Of a DNA stretch of 64,000 bases, positions 52,876 to 62,759 are shown piece by piece. The first letter of the stretch is position 1, and each line of letters begins with the position of its first letter. This DNA is from Promethearchaeota archaeon (GTDB lineage Archaea > Asgardarchaeota > Lokiarchaeia > Sigyniarchaeales > SOKP01), in assembly GCA_019058245.1 (NCBI GenBank), contig JAHPZJ010000013.1, positions 329,166-393,165 on the forward strand, in the 5' to 3' direction. Below the pieces are notes generated by a model. The model made no database searches and was not told the DNA's origin. It was given only the letters and a program-made list of their open reading frames with translations. Both the position numbers and the translations under genes were made by a program.

Positions 52876-53048
52876 GTGGGTTAATTATCAGTGATCTTTT
52901 TTTAGAATTTGATAATAATAGTATCTAATAGAAATATTTAAATAATTGATTTAATATTTTCTTTAATTGATATTATATTAAAATTAAATTTTCTCAAAGT
53001 ACTAATAAAAAAGAGGTTAAATTAAAAAAAAAAATAGAGGATATTAAA

Positions 53049-53144
53049 ATGGTAAATAAAAAAAGTTTAGAAGATGATTGGGATGATGACGACGATGGGG
53101 ATAATGATGGCGATTGGGAAGATGAGGATTTAGATGATTATTAG
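53049..53144 (+). CDS. 31-aa hyper-acidic Trp-containing microprotein (not in the ORF track)
   Basis: MVNKKSLEDDWDDDDDGDNDGDWEDEDLDDY*. AGAGGA RBS upstream. Synonymous codon mixing (GAT/GAC, GAA/GAG) and G-rich sequence within AT-rich intergenic DNA. Confidence 0.7.
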   Translation: MVNKKSLEDDWDDDDDGDNDGDWEDEDLDDY

Positions 53145-53233
53145 ATTCTAAAGTCATATTATAAAAAAATAAATAGATTTTTTAAATCTCCGAAATTAAT
53201 TCCTCTTTAGTAAACACAAAAATTAGCTAAATA

Positions 53234-55315
53234 CTATTTGGATCCCCATTCCTCATTTAGAAATTCAATTACTTTTAATGGATCTGAAGTTGGAGATTTA
53301 CAAGTTTTATTTATACATACATAAGCTGTAGGCCTACTTTCTATATCATAAAAAAATTCAACAAAATTAGAATAGTTATCAATTTCAGGAACTTTTTGTT
53401 CCATTTTTCTTAATATAAATACTTTATTAGGAATATATTCATTTGAAATTGTACTTATTAGTTTTTTTGTATATTCCGCGTCTGAATTACCTGCTATAAC
53501 TAATGAATATGTAGGACCAATTGCAAAATTAACAGCAACTAAAAATTGAGTATATACTAAAGGATTCAACTTAACTTTATCAGCAAATACTCTGCTTAAA
53601 ATATCTGCTTTTTCTTCTAATTCATGATTTCCTGTAACAATACTCAATCTTAATAAGTTCAACATCGCGATAGAATTACCTGAAGGAATAGCTCCATCGT
53701 ATATTTCTTTTTGTCTAGTTAGTAGACTTTCGCTATTGTTAGAAGTAAAATAAAAACCCCCTATGTTTTCATCCCAAAAATCCTCAATTTGGATTTTATG
53801 CAATTCTAAAGCAGTTTTTAAATAAAAAATATCAAAAGTTGCTTCATATAATTCTATGAGCCCCCAAATTAAAAAGGCATAATCATTTAAATAGCCTTGA
53901 ATTTCTGAAGAACCATCCTTATATCTATGTAATAATCGCCCATTAACTTCGCGCTGATGAGATAATAAAAAATTTAAAGAATTTTTCGCAACATTTAAAT
54001 ATGAAGTATCTTGGAATGCTATAGAACCTTTGGCTAAAGCTGCAATCATTAGGCCATTCCAATCTGTTAAAATTTTATCATCCTTGTGAGGGTGAATCCG
54101 CTTTTTTCTCAAATTAAGTAGTTTTTTACGGACTTTTTCTATTCCATCTTCAATTTCTTCGGCAGGAATACTTTTCAGATGAATTATATTTCTCCCTACT
54201 TTTTTCCCAGAAGATTCTTCTAAGTAATTACCAGATTGCTCAATATTGAAAACTTCAATAGCTAATTTTAACTCTTCCTCTCCTAAAATATTTTCTAATT
54301 CCTCTTTTGACCAAGTATAATATTTACCTTCTTCTCCTTCACTATCAGCATCTTCAGCAGAAAAAAAACCATCTTCCGGTGATTTCATATCTCTTATAAC
54401 ATATTCAAATATTTCCTGAGCAGATTTCTTATAAATGTTTTTTTTAGTAGCTTGATAAGTCTCAATATAAGCTATTGCAATTAACGCTTGATCATAAAGC
54501 ATTTTCTCGAAATGAGGAACAAGCCATTTTGAATCTGTGGAATATCTATGAAATCCAAATCCAATATGATCATATATACCTCCTTTTCTCATTGATAGAA
54601 GAGTATTTTCAACCATTTCTAGTGCTTTTTTATTACCTGTACGTTTCCAATACCGTAGTAAAAATAGAAGATTATGAGGAGTTGGAAATTTCGGGCGATC
54701 TCCAAAACCTCCATTAAAAGAATCGTATTGTATAGATAGCTGTTGGAATGTTTTTTTGAGAATTTTCTCAGTAATCTTATCACCTGGGGATTCTTGATCT
54801 ATATTTTGAAGGCTGAAAGTAATTTTTTCAGCAGAATCCAATAACTCTGATCTTTGGTTATTCCATAAATCTTTAATACGTTTAATTAGATCTATTAAGC
54901 CTATTCGTCCAAATCGAGTCTGTTTCGGAAAGTATGTTCCAGCAAAAAATGGTTTTTTATCAGGAGTCATAATTATCGTAAGTGGCCATCCTCCTGATCC
55001 TGTCATCAGTTGACATACCGTCATATATATATTATCTATATCTGGACGTTCTTCTCTATCAACTTTTATTGAAATAAATATTTTATTCATCAATTCAGCA
55101 ACATCTTTATCTTCAAAAGATTCATGTGCCATAACATGACACCAATGACAAGTTGAATATCCTATTGATAAAAATATCGGTTTATCTTCTTGATAGGCTT
55201 TATTAAAAGCTTCTTCTCCCCATGGATACCAATCCACAGGATTCTTAGCGTGTTGAATTAGATAGGGACTTTTTTCATTAATTAATTTATTATACTCAAT
55301 CTCCATCATAAACAC
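53234..55315 (-). CDS. Thioredoxin domain-containing protein, YyaL/SSP411/SPATA20 family
   Basis: [63 protein letters not shown] and [11 protein letters not shown]. Confidence 0.95.
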   Translation of the reverse strand: MFMMEIEYNKLINEKSPYLIQHAKNPVDWYPWGEEAFNKAYQEDKPIFLSIGYSTCHWCHVMAHESFEDKDVAELMNKIFISIKVDREERPDIDNIYMTVCQLMTGSGGWPLTIIMTPDKKPFFAGTYFPKQTRFGRIGLIDLIKRIKDLWNNQRSELLDSAEKITFSLQNIDQESPGDKITEKILKKTFQQLSIQYDSFNGGFGDRPKFPTPHNLLFLLRYWKRTGNKKALEMVENTLLSMRKGGIYDHIGFGFHRYSTDSKWLVPHFEKMLYDQALIAIAYIETYQATKKNIYKKSAQEIFEYVIRDMKSPEDGFFSAEDADSEGEEGKYYTWSKEELENILGEEELKLAIEVFNIEQSGNYLEESSGKKVGRNIIHLKSIPAEEIEDGIEKVRKKLLNLRKKRIHPHKDDKILTDWNGLMIAALAKGSIAFQDTSYLNVAKNSLNFLLSHQREVNGRLLHRYKDGSSEIQGYLNDYAFLIWGLIELYEATFDIFYLKTALELHKIQIEDFWDENIGGFYFTSNNSESLLTRQKEIYDGAIPSGNSIAMLNLLRLSIVTGNHELEEKADILSRVFADKVKLNPLVYTQFLVAVNFAIGPTYSLVIAGNSDAEYTKKLISTISNEYIPNKVFILRKMEQKVPEIDNYSNFVEFFYDIESRPTAYVCINKTCKSPTSDPLKVIEFLNEEWGSK

Positions 55316-55882
55316 GTATTATTAATAAATTGAAAATATATGTAAATCGCTTTTATAAACTATTAAATTTCCTAAAAATAATCTTAATTTTATGAATAAA
55401 AAGCTAACTATCAATTGTAATTTATAAGAAATAATATATTAATTTGTATAACTTAAACCTAGTTAAATTTAAACTTAATTTCTTCTAATTTATTTGATTT
55501 ATAGATTAATCAATCACCATTTATTAAAAAATACTAACTATAACTAAAAAAACTAACTTTATAATAAATCATTAAATTATCACTCTTCTTATTTAAAAGG
55601 AAGTTGAACTTAATTATAATATTCAAAAACCTTTTAATAGTTATCATAGATTTATTTTTATAATTTATGTATATTAGTGAACATTATTCACTCACATCAA
55701 CATATTATTAACAACTTAATAAGAGTATTAAAATATAGATATTTTATCATTCTTATATTCTAATTTCATTGAGAAGAGGTTAGTTGACTCAGAATGTTTC
55801 CATCTCTTTTTAGATATATTTATAAGTATTCATGCTTATAATATGATTAAGAAGAATTTTTTATTAAAAAGGATTCAATAAA

Positions 55883-57226
55883 ATGAATGAAGTCACAATA
55901 CCTTATGTTCAGATTACGCAGGTTAATGAAACTATTAAAGAATTTCCAAAAGAAAAAAATTGTACTAGAGATGAGTTATCTAATCGATTTGGTCAAAGCA
56001 AAATATCCAATATAATTCCCACGTTAGAAATCCTAAAACTTATAGATTATGATAAAGAAAATGGAGTTTTATCATTATCTAATCTAGGCAAAAATTATAA
56101 AATTGCTCTTATCACTGGCAGTGATGACGAGGCTGGGAGAATGTTAAAGCCTATTGTTATGAATTTGGAGTTTATAAAATTGATATATAATTTGTTAGAA
56201 AGAAAAAAAATGTTAACAAATGAAGAAATTGGAAAACATATCGCATATAAGTATTCAAAAGATTGGTCTACAAAATCTATGAGAGCTTATGGAGGATCAA
56301 TAGGAAGCATTCTTGGATTTTGTAGATTAGGTATATATTCGAGAGGAACAATAAGAATATCAACTAATACTTTTAATAATAAAAAAATACCTTTCTATCC
56401 CACAACAGGATTTAATAAAATCTTCAGAATTACTAAACTCATTTATGATTTTAAAGAAGCAGAATTGGATGACTTAGAAAAGTCTTTAGGAAAAAATGTA
56501 GGTAATGATTTAGGACCATGTATTGAGCTCGAATTGATAGAAAGACTAGCACCAAAAGTTTATACAATCACCGATAAGGGTGCTGAGCTTGTTAATATTT
56601 TTAATAAAGAAAAAATTTCAGAAAACTGGAAAAATATTTTATTTGAAAGCAAATATGGAGATTATATAATAGAATTAGAAGGAAAAACAATTAACATGGA
56701 AATCTTAGGTGAATTTTTGAATAACAAATTAGGAGGGAGTTGGAAATCAAAAATGACAGCAATTACATACGCAAAGAAATTTAATACATGGCTTAAAGCT
56801 GCTGAACTTGTCGAAAAAAAAGGAAAAGGTGAATACTTTGTTAAAAAAGGTGATAATAACTTAAATATAGCTGAATTGATTTCAGAATCTTCTGATAATA
56901 AAAGTCTGAATAATATAGTAAAAATAACAGAAAGTACTAAAAACTTACAAAAAGTCAATGATGGGAAGGTTAATGATGAAAATTTAAAACCTTTTGGCAT
57001 AAAAAATAAAAACATTTTTCAATTGATAGTATTTTTTGCTAGTCAATTAAATTCTGCAGAAATATCTTTAGATGAAATATCACAGATTATATATCAAGAT
57101 AAAGATTTGAGCCATACAAAAATAGCTTTTGAAATATTGAAAAATGATATAAAAAAGAATTTAATTGAACAAGATAAATTACATATTCTTTTAAAAGCAA
57201 TAATGCAAGATTTGAATATAATATAA
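55883..57226 (+). CDS. Protein with four tandem winged-helix-like domains (two double-wHTH modules)
   Basis: Repeated pattern L..L.LI.......L[ST]..G followed by L...W.....[YF]...[IF]..[IW]L....L. No catalytic motif seen. Confidence 0.7.
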   Translation: MNEVTIPYVQITQVNETIKEFPKEKNCTRDELSNRFGQSKISNIIPTLEILKLIDYDKENGVLSLSNLGKNYKIALITGSDDEAGRMLKPIVMNLEFIKLIYNLLERKKMLTNEEIGKHIAYKYSKDWSTKSMRAYGGSIGSILGFCRLGIYSRGTIRISTNTFNNKKIPFYPTTGFNKIFRITKLIYDFKEAELDDLEKSLGKNVGNDLGPCIELELIERLAPKVYTITDKGAELVNIFNKEKISENWKNILFESKYGDYIIELEGKTINMEILGEFLNNKLGGSWKSKMTAITYAKKFNTWLKAAELVEKKGKGEYFVKKGDNNLNIAELISESSDNKSLNNIVKITESTKNLQKVNDGKVNDENLKPFGIKNKNIFQLIVFFASQLNSAEISLDEISQIIYQDKDLSHTKIAFEILKNDIKKNLIEQDKLHILLKAIMQDLNII

Positions 57227-57241
57227 TAATAGATTAAATTT

Positions 57242-58168
57242 TTGAATAATATGGATCAGATACATTTAAGGCCCGTTAGTATACAATTAATGAAAAATAT
57301 TGTCAGATGTATCTTCTTTGGTCAGAGAAATAGGTCTATATTACCTATAGAGAAAATAGGTATAATTTTAAATAAAAGTCTTAAGTCAATTAAAAATGGA
57401 ATTTTTATGTTAAAAGAATTAAAAATTTTATTAGATTATCAAAACTTTCAATTGAATGAAGAAGTATATGAAAAATTGAATAATAATTGTCTAGTAGAAA
57501 AGATTTTATTTGAATATATTTCAAGATTTCCATTATTTTCTGAATATCTTTATTTACTTAGAAGAAAATTGCAAGATGTTGAACCTTCGATTTTATTGAA
57601 AAATATATTTAATTTAAAAATATCTGAGAACGTAATCAAATCAACATTTAATGGTTGGATTAAATTTTTTGAAATTGAAATAGAACAAAATACAGCAAAT
57701 GAATTATTAACTCCTATTAAATCAATAAAGGATGAAACAATGGCTATTTTATTTATCAGAGAAAATTTATACCATAATTTATCGATAATCCCTAAAACTG
57801 TCATAAATGATTTGATTGAAGGTATAATAAATGCAGAAAATCATCCTGATAATTCATTAACTGATACTGGACGTGCAATAGAAAATTTTTTAAGAATAAA
57901 TTATGGAAAAATTATCGATTTAAAAAATTGCAATGGGATTACTCAAATTTCTAATAAACTACGTGGACATAAAATGATATCACGTAAACATCATAACATA
58001 TTAGTTGGACTTGGTTCGATTAGATCTATAGGCGACGCTCATGGTTTAGATAAAGAAGAAAACAAGCTATGGGAAGTATCGAAAAATTCAGCACTACTTT
58101 TTTCTGCTCTTACAATTAAAACTATTAATAGCATTCAAAACTATAATGATGGTTCTCTTTCATTTTAA
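57242..58168 (+). CDS. Double winged-helix plus C-terminal HEPN/Abi_C-like domain protein
   Basis: N-terminal wHTH pair as in the upstream gene. GRAIENFL helix and R-x5-H motif RSIGDAHG (58022-58042). 15 nt after the upstream stop. Confidence 0.7.
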   Translation: MNNMDQIHLRPVSIQLMKNIVRCIFFGQRNRSILPIEKIGIILNKSLKSIKNGIFMLKELKILLDYQNFQLNEEVYEKLNNNCLVEKILFEYISRFPLFSEYLYLLRRKLQDVEPSILLKNIFNLKISENVIKSTFNGWIKFFEIEIEQNTANELLTPIKSIKDETMAILFIRENLYHNLSIIPKTVINDLIEGIINAENHPDNSLTDTGRAIENFLRINYGKIIDLKNCNGITQISNKLRGHKMISRKHHNILVGLGSIRSIGDAHGLDKEENKLWEVSKNSALLFSALTIKTINSIQNYNDGSLSF

Positions 58169-58297
58169 AATTTGTAAAATAATATTGATTACTTAAATAT
58201 ATAATTGACCTAAAATTAGAAACGAAAAAGAATAAATTTATTAATTAAAATATTGTATAAATAAATTTGCCTACTACTTATTCTTCAATGATAGTCA

Positions 58298-58380
58298 CTT
58301 CTCCCTATGCATACTAATCTATGGGATTCTTAGCGCACTGAATTAAATAAGGACTTTTTTTATTTGATAATTCCCTTCAT
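58298..58380 (-). pseudogene. Decayed remnant of the yyaL-like gene 5' end
   Basis: Translates as KKSPYLIQCAKNPID*YA*GE versus intact [21 protein letters not shown]. An ATG at 58378-58380 overlaps the nitroreductase TGA (ATGA). Confidence 0.8.
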
Positions 58381-58946
58381 TTTAAAAACTTATTATCGTA
58401 CACATTTAAATACACAAAATCTTCTATTTTTTTTCTAGGTGGTCGTTGTTTTTCTCCTAATTTCATTTTTTCAGATAAAACAGGATTAATAGTTTTTGAA
58501 TGTTTACCAACAATTACAAGCGTAATTAATCTCATACCAGATGGAATTTTAAGAATTTTTTTAGCTTGATCTTCATTAAAACCAGCTATTGGATGAGCAA
58601 TCAATCCCAGTTCGGTTGCTCGTAATATAATAAATGCTATAGCCATTCCTGTATCAAATAAATAATATAAACGATTACCAATTATACAATCATTTTCAGG
58701 TTTACTAAATACAGCAATAATCATGGAAGCTTTTTCAACCCATTTATTTCCTTCCGATAATATCGAAAATAATCTATCTAATTGCTCATTCTCATTAACA
58801 AAAATGAGTCTCCATGGTTGTTTATTAGCACATGATGGTGCAATTTGGGCTTTTTCAGCTAAGTCTTTTATTAAATCATCTGAAACATCAAATAAGTCGA
58901 GGGAACGATAAGCCCTCCTTTTTTTAATTGCCTCATTAACATTCAT
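58377..58946 (-). CDS. Nitroreductase family protein
   Basis: AIKKRRAYR, APSCANKQPW, DTGMA and LRATELGL. Confidence 0.93.
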   Translation of the reverse strand: MNVNEAIKKRRAYRSLDLFDVSDDLIKDLAEKAQIAPSCANKQPWRLIFVNENEQLDRLFSILSEGNKWVEKASMIIAVFSKPENDCIIGNRLYYLFDTGMAIAFIILRATELGLIAHPIAGFNEDQAKKILKIPSGMRLITLVIVGKHSKTINPVLSEKMKLGEKQRPPRKKIEDFVYLNVYDNKFLK

Positions 58947-59001
58947 TTTTTGATCACTTATTAATTTCAATAACACTATAAAAAATAAAATAAAAATATA
59001 A

Positions 59002-59487
59002 CTAATTCGTTAATTCTTTTAATGCTCTCTCAACATCTTCAGGATGTCCTTTGACAGATACTTTAGGCCAAATATGTGCTATTTTCCCTTCAGGATCTAT
59101 CAAAAAAGTGCTTCTAATAACACCTATATATTCTTTTCCTCTGAATTTATTCTTTCCCCATTTACCATATTTTTTGATTACCTTTTTGTCAACATCACTC
59201 AATAAAATAACACTTAGATTTTTCTTTTCAATAAATTTTGCGTGAGATTCAGGTGTATCGGGACTAATGCCGATAACTACGGCATCTAATTTTTGTAGCG
59301 CTGGTAACATTCCTGTGAACCCAATAGCTTCGGTAGTGCATCCTGGAGTATTATCTTTTGGGTAAAAATATAGTATAACATACTTTCCTTTAAAATCTTT
59401 TAAAGAAATTAGTTTATTATCTTTATCTGGAAGACTAAATTCAGGAGCATTAGTTCCTACTTTTAATTCAAGTACTTGTTGGACCAT
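59002..59487 (-). CDS. bcp: Peroxiredoxin BCP/PrxQ (single Cys)
   Basis: YFYPKDNTPGCTTEA, GISPD and RSTFLIDPEG. Confidence 0.95.
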   Translation of the reverse strand: MVQQVLELKVGTNAPEFSLPDKDNKLISLKDFKGKYVILYFYPKDNTPGCTTEAIGFTGMLPALQKLDAVVIGISPDTPESHAKFIEKKNLSVILLSDVDKKVIKKYGKWGKNKFRGKEYIGVIRSTFLIDPEGKIAHIWPKVSVKGHPEDVERALKELTN

Positions 59488-59705
59488 TGTTTATACAACT
59501 TATTTATTTTCGTTTTTTTGGATTATAAATTATTATAATTAGATATTTTTTTGAAATTATCAATATAAGGATTATAATCTATTAGATTTCCGTAAAAATA
59601 GTTTAACAAACTAATCTTTAAAAACATTAAAATTAATAAATTATAAAACCAAGTGATAGATTACTTTTTATGAATAGCTTTTACTAAAGTATAAGAGTTA
59701 ACAAA

Positions 59706-60131
59706 TTGACCGAAAAATTAAAGGAATATACTGTGGTTGAAAAGATACCCGTTCGCTGGGGCGATATGGATGCTAGAGGCCATGTAAATAATACCATCTA
59801 TTATCGTTATTTTGAGAGTACTCGGATTGCATTATTTCGATTCTTCGATATTTATGAAGAACCTACAGCTGCCACTATTGGTCCTATATTATCTTATCAA
59901 GATTGTTACTATAAAGCACCATTGACGTATCCGGACACTGTATATGTAGGAGCAAAAATATCTAACATAGAAGGTTCAAAGATAAAAATAAAGCATTCTA
60001 TATTTAGTGAGAAATTAAATAGAATTGTTGCTGAAGGAGAAGCTCATATTATTTGGTATAACTATAAAAACAAACAAAAAGTAAAAATTTCAGAAAATCA
60101 AAAGGACAAACTATTAGGAATTAAAAAATAA
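59706..60131 (+). CDS. Acyl-CoA thioesterase (4HBT/YbgC hotdog family)
   Basis: VRWGDMDARGHVNNTIYYRYFESTR and YKAPLTYPD. Confidence 0.92.
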   Translation: MTEKLKEYTVVEKIPVRWGDMDARGHVNNTIYYRYFESTRIALFRFFDIYEEPTAATIGPILSYQDCYYKAPLTYPDTVYVGAKISNIEGSKIKIKHSIFSEKLNRIVAEGEAHIIWYNYKNKQKVKISENQKDKLLGIKK

Positions 60132-60260
60132 GGTTAAAAAAAATAGAAGTTTTTCAAAATTCAATAAATTAGAAAATTTTAGTGAATACCTTTCTTTAAT
60201 TAATTATATATTAGATGAAGAAATAATAGTATAGAGTAGAAAATATTGATGTGAAAAAAT

Positions 60261-61235
60261 ATGATTAAAACAAAAGTAACTGAAATGTTAGGATGTAAAT
60301 ATCCAATAATTGTAGGAACAATGGCTAATATTACTAATCCAGAATTTGTAGCTGCATGTAGCAATGCGGGTTCTTGTGCTGTGTTAGCCAGTGCGAATTA
60401 TAAAACTCCTGACGAATTACGTGAAGCAATCAGAAAAACAAAATCATTAACAAATCAATCTTTTGCTGTAAATATAAATTTATTTCCTGCCTTAATGCCA
60501 CAAGACAAATTAGAGGATTATGTTGAAGTAACTTTAGAGGAAGGAGCAAAAATTATTGAAACAAGCGGTCATAAAGCTCCAGAACATCTAGTGCCTAAAT
60601 TTAAAGATGGTGGTGCTATATGGATTCATAAATGTGCTGGTGTTAAATATGCAATAAAAGGAGCTTCATTGGGGGCTGATTTGATAACAGTAGTAGGATA
60701 TGAAAATGGAGGTGCAACTGGAATTTTAGATATTGGAACTCTCGTAATGGTACCAAGTGTAGTAGATGCTTTGAATATTCCTGTAATCGCAGGTGGAGGA
60801 GTTTCAGATGGGAGAGGAGTTGCAGCTATTTTAGCACTTGGCGCTGAAGGTGTAATTATGGGTACAAGGATGATGGCAACAAAAGAATGCCCTATCCATG
60901 ATAATTTAAAACAGGCATTAGTTAAGGCAAGTGAAACTGATACATCTTTAGTTATGAGGTCGATTCGCAATACTCATAGAGTATGGAGAAACAAAGCTGC
61001 GGAAAAGATCATTGAATTAGAATCAAAAAAGGCATCTCTCAAGGAGATCGTACAAGTAGCTTCAGGTCAAAATGCTTTAAAAATGTATAAAGAAGGAGAT
61101 CTTGACGTAGGGATGGTAAGTTGTGGTCAAGGTGTAGGAATAGTAAAGGATATTCCTACGGTAAAAGAGTTATTGGATCGAATAATGAAGGAAGCAGAAC
61201 AAGTAATCCAGAAATTAGAAAATATTTCAAATTAA
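60261..61235 (+). CDS. Nitronate monooxygenase / FabK-like FMN-dependent oxidoreductase
   Basis: YPII.G.M, FAVNI, GYENGGA, PVIAGGGVSDGRG, MGTRM and CGQGVG. Confidence 0.9.
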   Translation: MIKTKVTEMLGCKYPIIVGTMANITNPEFVAACSNAGSCAVLASANYKTPDELREAIRKTKSLTNQSFAVNINLFPALMPQDKLEDYVEVTLEEGAKIIETSGHKAPEHLVPKFKDGGAIWIHKCAGVKYAIKGASLGADLITVVGYENGGATGILDIGTLVMVPSVVDALNIPVIAGGGVSDGRGVAAILALGAEGVIMGTRMMATKECPIHDNLKQALVKASETDTSLVMRSIRNTHRVWRNKAAEKIIELESKKASLKEIVQVASGQNALKMYKEGDLDVGMVSCGQGVGIVKDIPTVKELLDRIMKEAEQVIQKLENISN

Positions 61236-61244
61236 AATTTGAAA

Positions 61245-62732
61245 TTAAGGATCATTCCTAAAGGGGTGTCTAGCATTTTCTACGTTTTCAATCCCATCAT
61301 CTACAGTTGGTAGTCCTTCCATTGCTTTTCGGATTGCATTACGAGTCGCTTTATAATTATTGATAAATACTCTTTTTCTTGCGCTAGCACTTGGATGTAC
61401 AAAAGCATTCACAATTATTACTAACTCCTCAGCTAGTGCCTTTGGAAGAATTCCATCTTCAATACAATGCATCACTGCCTTAGCAATTGCTGCTTGAGCA
61501 GGTCCATATGTAAGGCTCGCATGACGAAGTGATGTCGGACGTACGGTAGGGATCATAATAGTAGGCGGTTTTACTTGCATGTTTGGTTCAAGAATAACTT
61601 GAAGTCCTTCGCGTCCTTCTTCTGGATTAGTTAAAGCTTGAGCATAAGCAGTACCAACAGGTCCATCTTTTTTCCCAATTAATAGGTCAATATGAGCAAG
61701 CTCTGCTCGTTCTCCTACAAGTGATTCCCCTACTTTTAATTCGAAATCAGTAATTTTTTTAGGTGTAATTCCAACGGCATAAAATCGACTAGTTAATGGT
61801 TTTTCTCCAAGCTCAAATTGAATTTCTGATTTTTCGATTAATCCTAATTTTTCAAGTTCAACTCGTAATTCGTCTTTAATTTCATAAGAAAGAGTATCTC
61901 CTAAAATAATAGGTTGACGAGTTTTTCCTACAGGTACTTTCATCATATTTAAACAAGATTTTACTCCCAAAGCACCTGAATTTATCAAAAGTCTTGCCAA
62001 TTTCTGTATTTTTTTTTGAAGGATTTGAGCTTCTTCTAAACGATTATTTTTCACGTGATTATAAATTTCAATCCAAATATTTGGAATTACATTTGCTGAG
62101 CCTAAAATACATCCTGCTGCACCCCCTGCTAGAGCCCCCAAAACGTTTTCATCCCAACCTATAAGAACTGAAATCTTATCACTAACCTTTTCTAATAAAG
62201 CTGAAAAATATTTATAATCTCCACTTGAATCTTTAATGCCTACAATATTTTCGATATCTACAAGATCTTCAACAACCGTCCAAGGTAATTCTACTCCTGT
62301 ACAAATTGGAATATTATATAAAATAATGGGAATGTCTGTTTTTTCTGCGATAGTAAAATAGTGATCATATAATCCTTTCGCTTTTGGTTTTAAAAAATAA
62401 GGAGTAACAATTAAAACAGCATCAGCACCAATATCAGTTGCTGCTTTAGTATTATTAATTACTAATTTAGTTCCAGTATCGCCAGTTCCCGCGATAACAG
62501 GGACTCTACCATTTGTTTCATCTACGACAATTTTAATAACCTTTAAGCGTTCTTCAATGGTCATATTTACAAATTCTCCCGTAGTTCCAACGGGAACTAA
62601 TCCTGATACTCCTTGATCAATAAGATGATTTACAAGATTTCTTATATTCTCTTCATTTATAGATTCATCCTTATTAAAGGGAGTTACCATGGCAGGCATA
62701 ACTCCCGAAGGTCGAAAATTGAATTTAGACAT
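61245..62732 (-). CDS. DapA/NAL-family class I aldolase fused to formaldehyde-activating enzyme (Fae)
   Basis: N-terminus: VTPF, GTTGE, YNIP, GIKDSS. C-terminus: VGESLVG...AHIDLLIGKKDGPVG...VKPPT...GPAQAAIAKAV...NYKAT..AIRKAM...HPF. Confidence 0.9.
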   Translation of the reverse strand: MSKFNFRPSGVMPAMVTPFNKDESINEENIRNLVNHLIDQGVSGLVPVGTTGEFVNMTIEERLKVIKIVVDETNGRVPVIAGTGDTGTKLVINNTKAATDIGADAVLIVTPYFLKPKAKGLYDHYFTIAEKTDIPIILYNIPICTGVELPWTVVEDLVDIENIVGIKDSSGDYKYFSALLEKVSDKISVLIGWDENVLGALAGGAAGCILGSANVIPNIWIEIYNHVKNNRLEEAQILQKKIQKLARLLINSGALGVKSCLNMMKVPVGKTRQPIILGDTLSYEIKDELRVELEKLGLIEKSEIQFELGEKPLTSRFYAVGITPKKITDFELKVGESLVGERAELAHIDLLIGKKDGPVGTAYAQALTNPEEGREGLQVILEPNMQVKPPTIMIPTVRPTSLRHASLTYGPAQAAIAKAVMHCIEDGILPKALAEELVIIVNAFVHPSASARKRVFINNYKATRNAIRKAMEGLPTVDDGIENVENARHPFRNDP

Positions 62733-62759
62733 TTTTTATTAACTCCTTTCAAGTAAGTC

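Larger units (their letters stand above)
55213..58360. mobile_element. Putative ancient integrated islet in the 5' end of the yyaL-like gene, bounded by a degenerate 63-bp direct repeat
   Basis: 55213-55275 and 58298-58360 match at 52 of 63 positions without gaps. The two cargo genes lie on the opposite strand from the flanking genes. No integrase remains. Confidence 0.6.

Noticed and set aside
53049-53144. Acidic microprotein as a RiPP precursor for the nearby radical SAM enzyme
   Set aside because: It is separated from the enzyme by an oppositely oriented gene, and no RRE/SPASM domain, protease or exporter is evident.
13611-59487. Selenocysteine in HdrA, MvhD or peroxiredoxin, which are selenoprotein families in this lineage
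   Set aside because: The relevant positions are Cys codons (DCSSC in both HdrA; CHWC and DCHY in MvhD; PGCT in Bcp). There is no in-frame TGA, so no SECIS element is claimed.
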